From assembly GCA_963767945.1 (NCBI GenBank), contig CAVYGH010000013.1:162576-226575 (forward strand): a DNA stretch of 64,000 nt, given 5' to 3'. The DNA is from an uncultured Chloroflexia bacterium. GTDB taxonomy: Bacteria > Chloroflexota > Limnocylindria > Limnocylindrales > CSP1-4. The position numbers and the translations under genes were made by a program. The first letter of the stretch is position 1. Each line of letters begins with the position of its first letter. Of the stretch, positions 27,823 through 38,530 are shown piece by piece. The notes under the pieces were generated by a model. The model searched no databases. It was not told where the DNA came from and saw only the letters and a program-made list of their open reading frames with translations.

Positions 27823-29928
27823 CTAGGCGACCGGTTCGAGCGCCTCCTCGAACTGGGACGCGTAGAGCTCGTGGTAGAAGCCACCCTTGGCCATCAGCTG
27901 GTCATGCGAGCCCTGCTCGATGATCCGGCCCTGGTTCATCACCAGGATCACGTCCGCGTCACGGATCGTGGACAGCCGGTGCGCGATCACGAACGAGGTC
28001 CGGCCGCGCATCAGCCGGTTCATCGCCTTCTGGATCAGCACCTCGGTCCGGGTGTCCACCGACGAGGTCGCCTCGTCGAGGATGAGGACCGGCGGGTCGG
28101 CCAGGAACGCGCGCGCGATCGTGAGCAGCTGCTTCTCGCCCGCCGACACGTTGGTCGCGTCGTCGTCGAGCACCGTGTCGTAGCCGTCGGGCAGGGTGCG
28201 CACGAAGTGGTCCACGTGCGCGGCCTCGACCGCCTCGCGGAACCGCGCCTCGTCCGGCTCGCCCTTGGCGCCGTAGGCCACGTTCTCCCGGATCGTGCCC
28301 CGGAACAGCCACGCGTCCTGGAGGACCATCCCGAACGTCCGGCGCAGGTCGTCCCGGGTCAGCTCCCGGGTGTCGATCCCGTCGACGGTGATCCGCCCCT
28401 GGTCCACGTCGTAGAACCGCATCAGCAGGTTCACGAGCGTGGTCTTGCCGGCGCCGGTCGGGCCGACGATGGCCACGGTCTGGCCGGGCTCCACGACCAG
28501 GTCGAGGTCCGCGATGAGCGGCTTCTCGGCGACGTAGCGGAACGCGACGTCCTCGAAGGTGACGCGGCCGATGGCCGGGTCCGGGAGCAGCCGCGGGGCG
28601 ACCGGGTCGGCGATCTCCTCCGGCTCGTCGAGCAGCTCGAACACCCGCTCGGCCGACGCGACCGCCGACTGGAGCACGTTGGCGATCGAGGCCGCCTGGA
28701 TGATCGGGAAGGTGAACTGGCGCGAGTACTGGATGAACGCCTGGACGTCGCCGAGGCTCATCTGGCCGTTGGCCACCTGGATGCCGCCGATCACGCAGAT
28801 CAGCACGTAGTTGATGTTCGAGATGAACGTCAGCGCGGGCTGGATGAGGCCCGAGATGAACTGGGCCCGGTAGCTCGCCTGGTACAGCGCCTCGTTCTGC
28901 TCGTCGAAGGCCTCGATGGCCTCCGGCTGGCGGCCGAACACCTTGACGATCGCGTGCCCGGTGTGCATCTCCTCGATGTGGCCGTTGAGCGACCCGGTGC
29001 GGGCCCACTGGGCGACGAACTGCTTCTGCGAGCGGCCGGCGATGAGCACCGTGACCGCGATCGACACCGGGACCGTGATGAGCGAGATCACGGCCAGCAG
29101 GGGGCTGATCGTGAGCATCATGATCAGCACGCCGATGACGGTCAGGACGGACGTGATCAGCTGGGTCAGGCTCTGCTGGAGCGTCTGGCTGATGTTGTCG
29201 ATGTCGTTGGTGACGCGGCTCAGGATGTCGCCCCGCGACTGGCCGTCGAAGTAGGCCAGCGGCAGGCGGCCGAGCTTCTCGTCGACCCGCCGGCGGAGCC
29301 GGTACACGGTCCGCTGGGTGACGCCGGCCATGATGTACGACTGGCCCCAGGCGAAGACCGAGCTGATGATGTACAGGACCGCGGCCAGCGACAGGATCTG
29401 GGCGAGCAGCGTGAAGTCGATGCCCTGGCCGATGACGACCCCGTTCATGTTGGCGAGCATGTCGGCCTGCTGCGTCTGGCCGGCCGCATTCAGGCCGTCG
29501 ACGGCCTGCTGGACGGTGGTGCCGGGCGGCGACTGCTCGCCGATCTGCTGGCCGACGACGCCGGCGAAGATGACGTTGGTCGCCTCGCCCAGGATCTTGG
29601 GCCCGACGATCGCGAACAGCACGCTGCCGACCGCGAGGACCAGGACGAGCAGGATCTTCGGCCCCTCCGGTCGCAGCTCGCCGAGCAGGCGCCGGAACGA
29701 CGACTTGAAGCTCTTGGGCTTGGGCGCGGGCAGGTTCATCCCGCCCATGAACCCCGGACCGCCGCCGGGCCTGCCCGCCGGCGGGCGCGCAGCCGTCGCG
29801 GGTCCACCGATCGCCGGCTGGTTGCCGACGGCGCGCACGGGCCTGGACCCGCTGCCGGGGGCCGAGCCGTCGCCGGGAGTGCCGTTGCCGCCGGGAGCGG
29901 CGCCGTTGGTGTCGTCGGGCCCGTTCAT
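27823..29928 (-). CDS. ABC exporter subunit (fused TMD-NBD, MsbA/MdlB type) with a Gly/Pro-rich N-terminal extension. True start may lie at an internal Met.
   Basis: Six-helix TMD followed by Walker A GPTGAGKTT, ABC signature VSAGEKQ, and Walker B ILDEATSSVD. Confidence 0.85.
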   Translation of the reverse strand: MNGPDDTNGAAPGGNGTPGDGSAPGSGSRPVRAVGNQPAIGGPATAARPPAGRPGGGPGFMGGMNLPAPKPKSFKSSFRRLLGELRPEGPKILLVLVLAVGSVLFAIVGPKILGEATNVIFAGVVGQQIGEQSPPGTTVQQAVDGLNAAGQTQQADMLANMNGVVIGQGIDFTLLAQILSLAAVLYIISSVFAWGQSYIMAGVTQRTVYRLRRRVDEKLGRLPLAYFDGQSRGDILSRVTNDIDNISQTLQQSLTQLITSVLTVIGVLIMMLTISPLLAVISLITVPVSIAVTVLIAGRSQKQFVAQWARTGSLNGHIEEMHTGHAIVKVFGRQPEAIEAFDEQNEALYQASYRAQFISGLIQPALTFISNINYVLICVIGGIQVANGQMSLGDVQAFIQYSRQFTFPIIQAASIANVLQSAVASAERVFELLDEPEEIADPVAPRLLPDPAIGRVTFEDVAFRYVAEKPLIADLDLVVEPGQTVAIVGPTGAGKTTLVNLLMRFYDVDQGRITVDGIDTRELTRDDLRRTFGMVLQDAWLFRGTIRENVAYGAKGEPDEARFREAVEAAHVDHFVRTLPDGYDTVLDDDATNVSAGEKQLLTIARAFLADPPVLILDEATSSVDTRTEVLIQKAMNRLMRGRTSFVIAHRLSTIRDADVILVMNQGRIIEQGSHDQLMAKGGFYHELYASQFEEALEPVA

Positions 29929-31651
29929 GCGACCTCCTCCTCGGTCACCTGGGACAGGACGATCTCCCGGTAGGTCTCACAGGTCCGCATCAGCTCGTCG
30001 TGGGTGCCGATGCCGGCGATCCCGCCGTTATCGAGGACGACGATCCGATCGGCGCGCAGGATCGTGCCCACGCGCTGGGCGACGATGATCACCGTCGCGT
30101 GGCCCAGCTCCCGCCCGAGCGCGGCCCGCAGCCGCGCGTCGGTCCGGAAGTCGAGCGCCGAGAAGCTGTCGTCGAAGACGTAGACGTCGGGCTTCTTGAC
30201 GAGGGCGCGTGCGATCGCGAGCCGCTGGCGCTGCCCGCCCGAGACGTTGGTGCCGCCCTGGGCGATCGGGCTGTCGAGCCCGGCCTCCATCTCCTCGACG
30301 AACTCGCGACCCTGCGCGATCGTGAGCGCGGCCCACAGGTCGTCGTCGGTCGCCTCCTGGTCGCCGAAGCGCAGGTTGCTGGCGATGGTGCCGCCGAACA
30401 GGAACGCCTTCTGGGGCACGATCCCGATCCGGGACCACAGGTCCTGGCGGTCCATGTCCTTGACGTCGACCCCGTCGATGAGGACCGCGCCGGACGTCGC
30501 GTCGTAGAAGCGCGGCAACAGGTTGATCAGCGTGGACTTGCCGCTCCCCGTGGACCCGACGATGGCCGTGGTCTCGCCGGGGTTGGCTGCGAACGAGATG
30601 TGCCGGAGCACCGGCTCCTCGGCCCCCGGGTAGCGGAACTCGACGTCGCGGAACTCGACGTGGCCGCGACGGATGGGGGCGATCGGGGTGGGCGGGTCCC
30701 AGATCGTCGGCTCGGTCCTGAGGACCTCCTGGATCCGGGCGCCCGAGACCTGGCCGCGAGGGACCATCACGAACAGGATCACCGCGGTCATGATCGAGAA
30801 CAGGATCAGCGAGATGTACTGGAGGAACGCCGTCAGGTTGCCGATCGGCATGTCGCCGCTGTCGACGCGGTAGGCGCCCAGCCACAGCACCGCCACCGTG
30901 GACAGGTTCATGATCAACATCAGTGCCGGGAGGGTGATCGCGAACAGCCGGTTCACCCGGAGGCCGGTGTCCATGAGGTCGAGGCTGGCCTCGTCGAAGC
31001 GGGCCTCCTCGTCGCGGGTGCGGACGAAGGCGCGGATGACGCGGACGCCCGCGAGGGTCTCGCGCATCACGAGGTTGATCCGGTCGATCTTCTTCTGGAG
31101 CGCCCGGAACAGCGGGATCGCCTTGTACATGACGGTCCCGATGAGCGCGATCATGATCGGGATGATCACGAGCAGGACGCCCGACAGCGGCACGTCCTGG
31201 CGGAGGGCCATGATCAGGCCGCCGACGACGAGGATCGGCGCCGAGATCATCTGGGTCAGCGCGAGCAGCAGGACCTGCTGGACCTGCTGGACGTCGTTGG
31301 TGTTGCGGGTGATCAGGCTCGCGGCGCCGAAGGTGTTGACCTCGACCTGCGAGAACGTCTCGACCTTGCGGAAGATGCCGCTCCGGACGTCACGCCCGAA
31401 GGCCATCGAGACCTTGGCGCTGTAGTAGACGCCGATGACGGCGGCGACGCCGAGGATCCCGGTCACGAGGAGCATGAATCCGCCCGTGCGCAGGATGTAG
31501 TCGATGTCGCCCGTGACGACCCCGTTGTTGATGATGTCGGCGTTGAGCTCGGGCAGGAACAGGTTCGCCACCGCCTGGATCGACAGCAGGACCAGCACGA
31601 ACACGAGCGGCCAGCGGTAGCTGGGCAGGTAGCTGCGGAACAGGTCGATCA
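29925..31651 (-). CDS. ABC exporter subunit (fused TMD-NBD), partner of 27823..29928. Likely heterodimeric.
   Basis: Start MIDLFRSYLPSYRWPLVFVL… The ORF-track N-terminal 131 aa is Arg/Pro-rich and not protein-like. Walker A GSTGSGKST, signature VSGGQRQRLAIARAL. 4-nt overlap with the downstream ABC gene. Confidence 0.85.
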
Positions 31652-32200
31652 TCGCGAGGCCTCGTCGGATTCGGGGAGGACCCATCTCGCCCCGAGCCGG
31701 ACGCGCGCCTCGCGCAACGCCCGCATGCCGCGGAGGAAGCCCTCGAGCTCGTCGTCGGTCAGCTCGCCCAGGAGCACGGCCAGGCGCTCGCGCCGCTCGG
31801 CGGCGACGCCGGCGAGCAGCTCGCGCCCGTCGACGGTGAGGGCGACCCGGATGACCCGGCGGTCCTCGTCGTCGCGCTGGCGGACGACCAGCCCGCGCTG
31901 CTCCATGCGGTCGACGATGCCGGTCGCGCTCGCCTGCGAGACGTCGAGCGACTCGGCGAGGGTGCGCATCGGGACGGACCCGTCGGCCTGCAGCACCGTC
32001 AGCACGTGCAGATGGACGAGGCTCAGCGGCCCCGACCGCCATCGCCGCATGCTGCGGATGACGTCGGCGGGGGTGTGCGACGACAGCTCGTCGAGCAGCT
32101 CGGTGAGCAGGCGCTGCCGCTCGGCGGCGGGCTGCTGGTGGGGCGGCGCGAGTCGCGCCGGGGGACGTCCGAGTCTGCGGACGTCGAGTCCTTCGGTCAT
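31649..32200 (-). CDS. MarR-family regulator, first gene of the ABC exporter operon
   Basis: …MRTLAESLDVSQASATGIVDRMEQRGLVVRQRDDEDRRVIRVALTVDGREL… Overlaps the start of the ABC gene. Confidence 0.75.
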   Translation of the reverse strand: MTEGLDVRRLGRPPARLAPPHQQPAAERQRLLTELLDELSSHTPADVIRSMRRWRSGPLSLVHLHVLTVLQADGSVPMRTLAESLDVSQASATGIVDRMEQRGLVVRQRDDEDRRVIRVALTVDGRELLAGVAAERRERLAVLLGELTDDELEGFLRGMRALREARVRLGARWVLPESDEASR

Positions 32201-32308
32201 GGCGTGATCCCTGGTGTGGGTTCCCCGCGTGCCCTTCATGGCACGTAGATGGTCAATGCGACATAAAGCATATTCGGCCGGCACGGGGTTGTCCAGCGGC
32301 GGGACGAC

Positions 32309-33484
32309 CTAGCCGACGATCGCCTTGCGCAGCCGCCAGCTGGCGAGGCTCAGCAGCACGACCGCGAAGCCGGCCAGCACGGCGAGGTTGGTCGCGACCG
32401 ACGCGATCCCGCCGCCGTCCGCGATCAGCGACTGCAGCCCGGTCAGCGCCCACGACTGGGGGATCAGCCGCGCGATCGACTGCATGGTGGCCGGCATGAT
32501 CTGGAGCGGGATCATGCAGCCGCCGAGGGCGCCCAGGGCGAGGCCGAGGAACACGCCCAGCGATGCCGCCTGGTCGGCCGTGCCGGCCACCGCACCGAGG
32601 AGCATCGCCGCCCCCGCGCAGACGAGGGCGAACACGAGGATGATCGCCGCGGCCGCCACCGGGTCGCCCCACGAGACCCCGAACAGGAGCGCGGACACGA
32701 TCACGATGTAGGCCGCCTGGAAGACGGCGACGCCGTATCGGCCGATCGCCTCGCCCGCGATGATCGTGGCCGGCGACGTCGGCGTGGACACCATCCGCCG
32801 TGAGACGCCCAGCTTGCGGGTGAGGACCAGGCGCAGCGACGCGGTCATCGACGTGAGGAACGTGAACATCACGAGCTGGGTCGACGCGCCGAACGTGAAC
32901 TGGGTGAAGCCGGCGAACGAGCCGGGCTCGCCGATCCGGCTTACCGACACCGCGACGCCCGGGACGCTCCCGTAGCCCGCCTCGGCGGCCGCCCGGGCCT
33001 GGTCCCAGCCCGCGAGGCCCTCGGCCTCGGCCACGCGCGCGGCGATCGCGATCGCGGAGATGCGCGCCGCCGCCGCGTCGATCGGAGCCCGCAGGCCCTG
33101 GGCGAGCGCGCCGGTCGTGCCCAGGTAGCGGAGCTCGGCCGTGCCCGTGCCGCGCAGCGCCGCCGCGAACCCCTCGGGGATCACGAGGCCCGCCTCGAGC
33201 TCGCCGTGCTCCACCTTGGAGCGCAGGGTGGCCTCGTCGCCGACCGGCCGCACGTCGAGGCGCGCGTCGTCCGCACGCAGGAGCTCGATGAGGGCCGCGG
33301 CGTCCGCGTCGCCCGCGGGCACGACGACGCCGACCCGCGCCGCCGTCGAGCCGCCGAACTGGAGCCCGAGGGCGACGATGATCAGGGTCGGCAGCACGAG
33401 CACGAAGAACAGGTCGCCGCGATCGCGCAGCTGGCGGATGAGGTTGACCCGCCCGATCTCGAGCGCCTTCCGGAGGCCGCTCAC
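32309..33484 (-). CDS. ABC-2 type transporter permease
   Basis: N-terminal cytoplasmic segment plus first TM, then a large periplasmic loop, then 5 TM helices. Typical ABC-2 permease layout. Overlaps the upstream permease gene by 4 nt. Confidence 0.7.
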   Translation of the reverse strand: MSGLRKALEIGRVNLIRQLRDRGDLFFVLVLPTLIIVALGLQFGGSTAARVGVVVPAGDADAAALIELLRADDARLDVRPVGDEATLRSKVEHGELEAGLVIPEGFAAALRGTGTAELRYLGTTGALAQGLRAPIDAAAARISAIAIAARVAEAEGLAGWDQARAAAEAGYGSVPGVAVSVSRIGEPGSFAGFTQFTFGASTQLVMFTFLTSMTASLRLVLTRKLGVSRRMVSTPTSPATIIAGEAIGRYGVAVFQAAYIVIVSALLFGVSWGDPVAAAAIILVFALVCAGAAMLLGAVAGTADQAASLGVFLGLALGALGGCMIPLQIMPATMQSIARLIPQSWALTGLQSLIADGGGIASVATNLAVLAGFAVVLLSLASWRLRKAIVG

Positions 33485-34671
33485 GGGGTCACCAGCCGCC
33501 GCGCGCGGAGCACGCCGATCGACCCGCAGACGAGCCCGATCCCGAGCAGCACGAGGACCGCCGGCGCCGCCGTCGCGATCCCGCCGCCCGCCCCGTGCAG
33601 GTCGCCGAGGCCCCGCAGGAACCAGCCGTGCGGCGTCAGCAGCGTGAGCGTGGCGAAGGCCTCGGGTGCCTGCGAGCTGGGCGCGAACGTGCCGCCGATG
33701 ATCGCGAGCGTGATGCCCACCGCCGCCGTCGCCGATCCGGCGGCGTCCTGCGACGTCGCGAACGAGATGACCAGCGCGGACACGCCGAGGGCCGCGACGA
33801 TGGCGGCCAGCAACAGGGCGATCACGCCTTCGGGCGGCCCCCAGTCGGCGCCGATCAGCAGGGTCGTCGCGACCACCAGCGTGACCATCGCGACCACGCT
33901 CATCGCGAACGCGCCAAGCAGCTTGCCGACCACGATCGTTCCCGGACCGACGGGCGCGGCGAGGATCCGCCGGAGCGTGCCCTGGCGCCGCTCCTCGAAT
34001 ACGCTGAGCAGGCCCGACTGCGCGGAGAAGAACAGGAACAGGATCGCCATCGAGGCGCTGAAGAAGGTCGCCAGATCGAGCGTCCGGAGGTCGGCCGTGA
34101 CCTCCACCACCGCGATCGGCGGCGGGGCGGTGCGTGCGGCCTGGGCGAGCCGGGTGAGCTCGTCGGGCGACAGCGAGGCGCCGGCCAGCGACGCGGCGGT
34201 GGTCACCGCGAGCTGCGTGCCCGCGACCCCCTCGCCGAACCGCGCGGCGACGGCTCGCGCCACGTCCGTGGCGAGGCCGCTGGTCCGCGAGCCGATCACC
34301 TGGATCGCGGTCGGTCGGCCGGCCTCGATCGCAGCCGTGAAGCCCTGCGGGATGACGAACGCCGAGTCGGCGTCGCCGGCCTCGACCGCGGCCCGGGCCG
34401 CCGCCTCGGTCGGGACGCTGGTGACGTCCGCGACGCCGGCGGTCGCGAGCGACCCGATCACGTCGTCGCGCAGCACGAGCGCCAGCTCGCCGCCATCCAT
34501 GTCGGCCACCACCCAGGTCGCGTGGAAGCCGCCGCCGGGGCCGATGAGCCGGCTGAAGATGAGCGCGAGCCCGAGCGGGGCGACGATCGCGAAGATCAGC
34601 GCCGACCGGTCGCGGAACCGCTGGCGGAGGTCCTTGGCGGCGATCAGCAGGGCGACGCGGAGTGGCGACAC
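33481..34671 (-). CDS. ABC-2 type transporter permease (paralog)
   Basis: MSPLRVALLIAAKDLRQRFRDRSALIFAIVAPLGLALIF… Same architecture as 32309..33484. Confidence 0.7.
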   Translation of the reverse strand: MSPLRVALLIAAKDLRQRFRDRSALIFAIVAPLGLALIFSRLIGPGGGFHATWVVADMDGGELALVLRDDVIGSLATAGVADVTSVPTEAAARAAVEAGDADSAFVIPQGFTAAIEAGRPTAIQVIGSRTSGLATDVARAVAARFGEGVAGTQLAVTTAASLAGASLSPDELTRLAQAARTAPPPIAVVEVTADLRTLDLATFFSASMAILFLFFSAQSGLLSVFEERRQGTLRRILAAPVGPGTIVVGKLLGAFAMSVVAMVTLVVATTLLIGADWGPPEGVIALLLAAIVAALGVSALVISFATSQDAAGSATAAVGITLAIIGGTFAPSSQAPEAFATLTLLTPHGWFLRGLGDLHGAGGGIATAAPAVLVLLGIGLVCGSIGVLRARRLVTP

Positions 34672-34672
34672 G

Positions 34673-35776
34673 TCACTCCACGGTGTCGCGGAGGGCGCGT
34701 CCGGTCAGGTGCAGGAACACCGCCTCGAGGTCGGGCTCGACGACCTCGACGCCCCGGACCGCGGCACCGGCGCCTTCCGCCGCGCCGAGCAGCCGGGTCA
34801 GCAGCCCCCGCGCGTCGGCGACCAGGATCTCCAGCTCGTCGCCGCGCACGCCCACCTCCGTGACGCCCTCCACGTGTCGGACCGCCGCCGCGGCCGCGAC
34901 GACCTCGCCGCTCAGCATCAACCGGACGCGGTCCTGCTGTCCGATCGACGCCACGAGGTCGCGCGTCGTCCCCTCGGCCCGGATCTCGCCGGCATCGATG
35001 ATCCCGACCCGGTCGCACAGCCGCTCGGCCTCCTCGAGGTAGTGGGTCGTGTACAGGATCGCCATGCCCTCGCGCCCCAGTGCGGCCACCGACTCGAGGA
35101 TCGCGTTCCGGCTCTGGGGGTCCACGCCCACCGTGGGCTCGTCGAGCAGCAGCAGCCGTGGCCGATGGAGCAGCCCGACCCCGATGTTCAGGCGCCGCTG
35201 CATGCCGCCACTGAAGGTGTCGACGCGGTCCTTCGCACGCTCGGTCAAACCGATCAGGGCGAGGACGCCCTCGATGCGCGTCTTGAGCTCGGCGCCGCCG
35301 ATCCCGTACAGGCGGCCGAAGAAGGCGAGGTTCTCGCGCGCCGTGAGGTCCGGGTAGATCGCCAGCTCCTGGGGCACGTAGCCGATGCCCGCCTTGGCGG
35401 CGACCTCGCCCACGTCGATCGGCTTGCCGTCGAGCCTGACCTCGCCCCCGTCGCGCGCCAGCAGGCCGCAGACCATCGAGATCGTCGTCGTCTTGCCGGC
35501 GCCGTTCGGGCCAAGCAGGCCGTAGGTCTCGCCCTCGTGGATATCGAAGCCGACGCCGCGGACCGCCTCGATCGCGCCGTACCGCTTGCGGAGGTCGCGA
35601 GCCTGCAGCACGACCGGTCGATCGCCGAGGTCCGTCGGCCGGTCCGCGGCGTCGGGCGTTTCGGGGGCATCGGGCGCCCCGGGTGCTTCGGGCGCCGCGC
35701 GCTCGCCGGGCGAGGCCGGCTCCCCGGGCGCGTCGGGGCGGGGGGCGACCGAGTCCGGGTCGGCGGCGAGCGACAT
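34673..35776 (-). CDS. ABC transporter ATP-binding protein (ABC-2 system), possibly with an Ala/Pro-rich N-terminal extension
   Basis: Walker A GLLGPNGAGKTT, Q-loop, signature FSGGMQRRLNIGVGL, and Walker B LLLLDEPTVGVD. I took the start as MSLAADPDS at 35776. Confidence 0.8.
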   Translation of the reverse strand: MSLAADPDSVAPRPDAPGEPASPGERAAPEAPGAPDAPETPDAADRPTDLGDRPVVLQARDLRKRYGAIEAVRGVGFDIHEGETYGLLGPNGAGKTTTISMVCGLLARDGGEVRLDGKPIDVGEVAAKAGIGYVPQELAIYPDLTARENLAFFGRLYGIGGAELKTRIEGVLALIGLTERAKDRVDTFSGGMQRRLNIGVGLLHRPRLLLLDEPTVGVDPQSRNAILESVAALGREGMAILYTTHYLEEAERLCDRVGIIDAGEIRAEGTTRDLVASIGQQDRVRLMLSGEVVAAAAAVRHVEGVTEVGVRGDELEILVADARGLLTRLLGAAEGAGAAVRGVEVVEPDLEAVFLHLTGRALRDTVE

Positions 35777-36017
35777 GCGAGACGAACCCTCCCTGCGCCC
35801 GGGGCGGCGCCAAACGTTGGTCATCGTGGCGATGCGGACCGGCCGATGCAAGTCGGATCGGGCACGCGTCACGCCGAGGTCCACCGATGCGAGGCGCGCG
35901 CAAGCCCGTTGTCAGGCCGTTGCGAGCCCTTTCCGTTTCGATCGGTGGTGGCGTACCCATCGGGGCCGATAAGTTCGGGGGAGTCCGAAGAGACAACCAC
36001 CAGGAGGCCACCGCTCA

Positions 36018-36538
36018 TGCATCTGACCATCACCCGCGCTCGTATCCGACGCGTCGTCGTCGGGACGACCCTCGTCGCGGCCCTCGCCCTGCCGGCGACG
36101 GCCATGGCGGCCAACATCACCGGGACTCCGGGTCCCGACACGCTGAACGGGACGCCGAACGCGGACAACATCCGTGGCCGCGGTGGCGACGACACGATCA
36201 ACGGCCGCGGCGGGGCCGACGACATTCTCGGCAACGGCGGCGACGACTCGATCAGTGGCCGCGGCGGGGCCGACGACATCGTCGGTGGTCGCGGCGACGA
36301 CGTGATCCACGGCAATGCCGGTCGCGACACGATCGCCGGTGGCAAGGCCAACGACACCTTGTTCGGCGATGCCGGGGCCGACACGATCTCGGGCGGCACG
36401 GGCAACGACGTGATCGTGACCGGCGGCGACAACGCCACGGACACCGTCAGCTGCGGTGGCGGCTGGGACGTCGTGGTCGCGGGCTCGAACGACACGATCG
36501 GCGCCGACTGCGAGCGCACGGTCGAGGTCGAGGACTAG
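36018..36538 (+). CDS. Small secreted calcium-binding beta-roll (RTX-repeat) protein
   Basis: Signal peptide MHLTITRARIRRVVVGTTLVAALALPATAMA. GRGGDDTINGRGGADDILGNGGDDSISGRGGADDIVGGRGDDVIHGNAGRDTIAGGKANDTLFGDAGADTISGGTGND. Only this last 173 aa of the spurious 1110-aa ORF 33206..36538 looks real. Confidence 0.7.
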
Positions 36539-36603
36539 CCTCGGCCACCCACCTCGCTGTTCACTCGGGCCGGTCTCCTGCACGGGAGGCCGGCCCCTTC
36601 GAT

Positions 36604-37413
36604 TCAGCGGACCTTGCGCGCCTGCCAGGCCTCCTCGGACGGCCACTGCCGGGCCCACTCGGCGGTGATCCATTCGTAGGTCGTGGTCGCGCCCTCCGGC
36701 ACCTGGAACTCCACGAGGTCCTCGACCTCGAAGCCGTTCGCGCGCAGCAGGCGGATCCAGTCGCCGTGCGCGAGGTGGAACTCCACCGAGTCGTCCTCCG
36801 GCCAGAGCGATCCGGTGCATGCCGAACATCGGCCGCTTCAGCCGCTCGTCGGCGGGACCCTCCGTCATCCGTGTCGGGCACCGTCAGGTACGCGAGCAGG
36901 TGGTTGGTCAGGAACAGGAGCCGGCCGCCCGGGCCGCAGGAGCCGCGCCGCCTCCGGGATCCAGGCGTACGGGTCGGCCCACAGGGCGGCGCCGTACTCG
37001 CTGATCGCGTAGTCGAACGACGCGTCGGGGTAGGGGACCCGCTCCGCGTTGCCGAGCAGCAGCGGGAAGTCGAGCCCGTGCTCGCGCTGGAGGCGCGTCG
37101 CCGTCTCGAGCTGCTTGGGCGAGTTGTCGATGCCGACCGGTCGCGCGCCGCGGCGGGCGAGCCACGCCGAGACGTAGCCGGTCCCGCAGCCGAGCTCGAT
37201 CGCGTCGAGGCCGTCGAGGTCGTCGGGCAGCAGGTGGAGGTCGGCCTCCGGGACGCCGAAGGTGCCCCACTTCTCCTTCCCCGGCTCGAGGGCCCAGCTC
37301 TCCTCGCCGTTCGCGACGAACTCGTGGGCGAACGAGTCCCACGAGGCGCGGTTGCGGGCGACGTGGTCGGGCAGCTCCGCCAGCTGGGCGTCCGTCCATT
37401 TCGACCCGGTCAT
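36604..37413 (-). CDS. Class I SAM-dependent methyltransferase, with about 3 frameshifts in the C-terminal third
   Basis: Motif I AIELGCGTGYVSAWLARRGARPVGIDNS. Later fragments GRLLFLTNHLLAYLTVPD and …VEFHLAHGDWIRLLRANGFEVEDLVEFQVPEG… are in other frames. Confidence 0.6.
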
Positions 37414-38325
37414 GCCGGGACCCCGTCGAGATGCTTCTCGCGGGCGGCGAGCAGGATGTCGATCGTCCGCTCCTCGATCGGTCGCAGGTCCACCTGGACG
37501 TGCCCGACGCCGAGGTCCCGCCAGGTGTCGAAGGCGCGGGCCACGGCGTCGACGTCGGGCGGCAGCGCGTCGGCCGCTCCGGGGCGCGTCGACGGGCCCT
37601 TCGCGTCGAGCGTGAGGCCGACCGTGACCTCGAGCGTGGCCGGATCCCGGCCCTCGGCCTCGCATGCGGCCAGCAGGTCGGCGTGGCGCTGGGCGAACCG
37701 CTCGTTCGGGAGCCCGAACCAGGCGGTGTTCCAGGCGTCGGCGTGCTTCGCGGTGAGGCGCAGGACGCGCTCCCCCTTGGCGGCGATCAGGATCGGCATC
37801 CGTGCCCGGCCGGCGTGCGGGGCGCGGCGGCGGCGGGATGAGGACGGCGTCGTCGACGTCGTGCCACCGCCCGTGGAGGGTGACGCGCTCGCCGTGCACC
37901 AGCGGGACGATGATCTGCAGCGCTTCGTCGAACCGTCCAGCGCGATGGTCGAAGGGGTAGCCGAAGGCCCGGTACTCGGGCTCGTGCCAGCCGGTCCCGA
38001 GACCGAGGGTCAGGCGCCCGGCGGCGACCTCGTCGAGCGTCGCCGCCATCTTCGCCGTTAGGGCCGGCGGCCGGAAGCCCGTGCCGAGCACGATCGTCCC
38101 GAGCTCGGCCCGTTCGGTGACGGCGGCGACGGCCGCCAGCAGGGTCCACGCCTCGTGGATGCCGTCTTCGGGCTCGTCGGGAGTTCGGAAGATCAGGTGG
38201 TCGTAGACCCACAGGCTGTCGATGCCGCCGGCCTCGGCCCGCTGGGCCAGCTGGCGCAATCGCGGCCACGCCGAGGCGCCTTCGCCATCGGAATCATTCA
38301 TGGGCAGGACCATGCCGATCTTCAT
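37410..38325 (-). CDS. LLM-class (luciferase-like) F420- or flavin-dependent oxidoreductase, with one frameshift near 37800
   Basis: MKIGMVLPMNDSD…LWVYDHLIF…TLGLGTGWHEPEYRAFGYPF… then continues in ORF 37410..37799 (…LRLTAKHADAWNTAWFG…). Stop is adjacent to the methyltransferase start. Confidence 0.65.
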
Positions 38326-38530
38326 GTCCCGAATGGTACGGTGCGGTTCGGGGTGGAGCGGAGATCTTGACGGGCCTGAGAGACTCCTCATCGGTGGCCT
38401 ATGCCGCCATTGGCCTTATTCACTCCCGCGCTGCGAACGCGACCTCGACGACCGACGGACACCCGTCGGTCGTTGGGATTCCTGGGCCCGGATTGGTCCT
38501 CGTCGCGGGTCAGCAGCCCCATCGTCGACA

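Noticed and set aside
27664-32207. Long + strand ORFs (769 aa, 735 aa)
   Set aside because: Antisense to the two ABC exporter genes. No motifs, Arg/Asp/Gly-rich.
33206-36538. 1110-aa + strand ORF
   Set aside because: It is antisense to the three ABC-2 transporter genes and low-complexity for the first about 940 aa. Only the terminal 173 aa (36018-36538, the RTX protein with its own signal peptide and start) are real.
35683-38061. 792-aa + strand ORF
   Set aside because: Antisense to the methyltransferase and LLM oxidoreductase genes. Arg/Gly-rich non-protein-like text.
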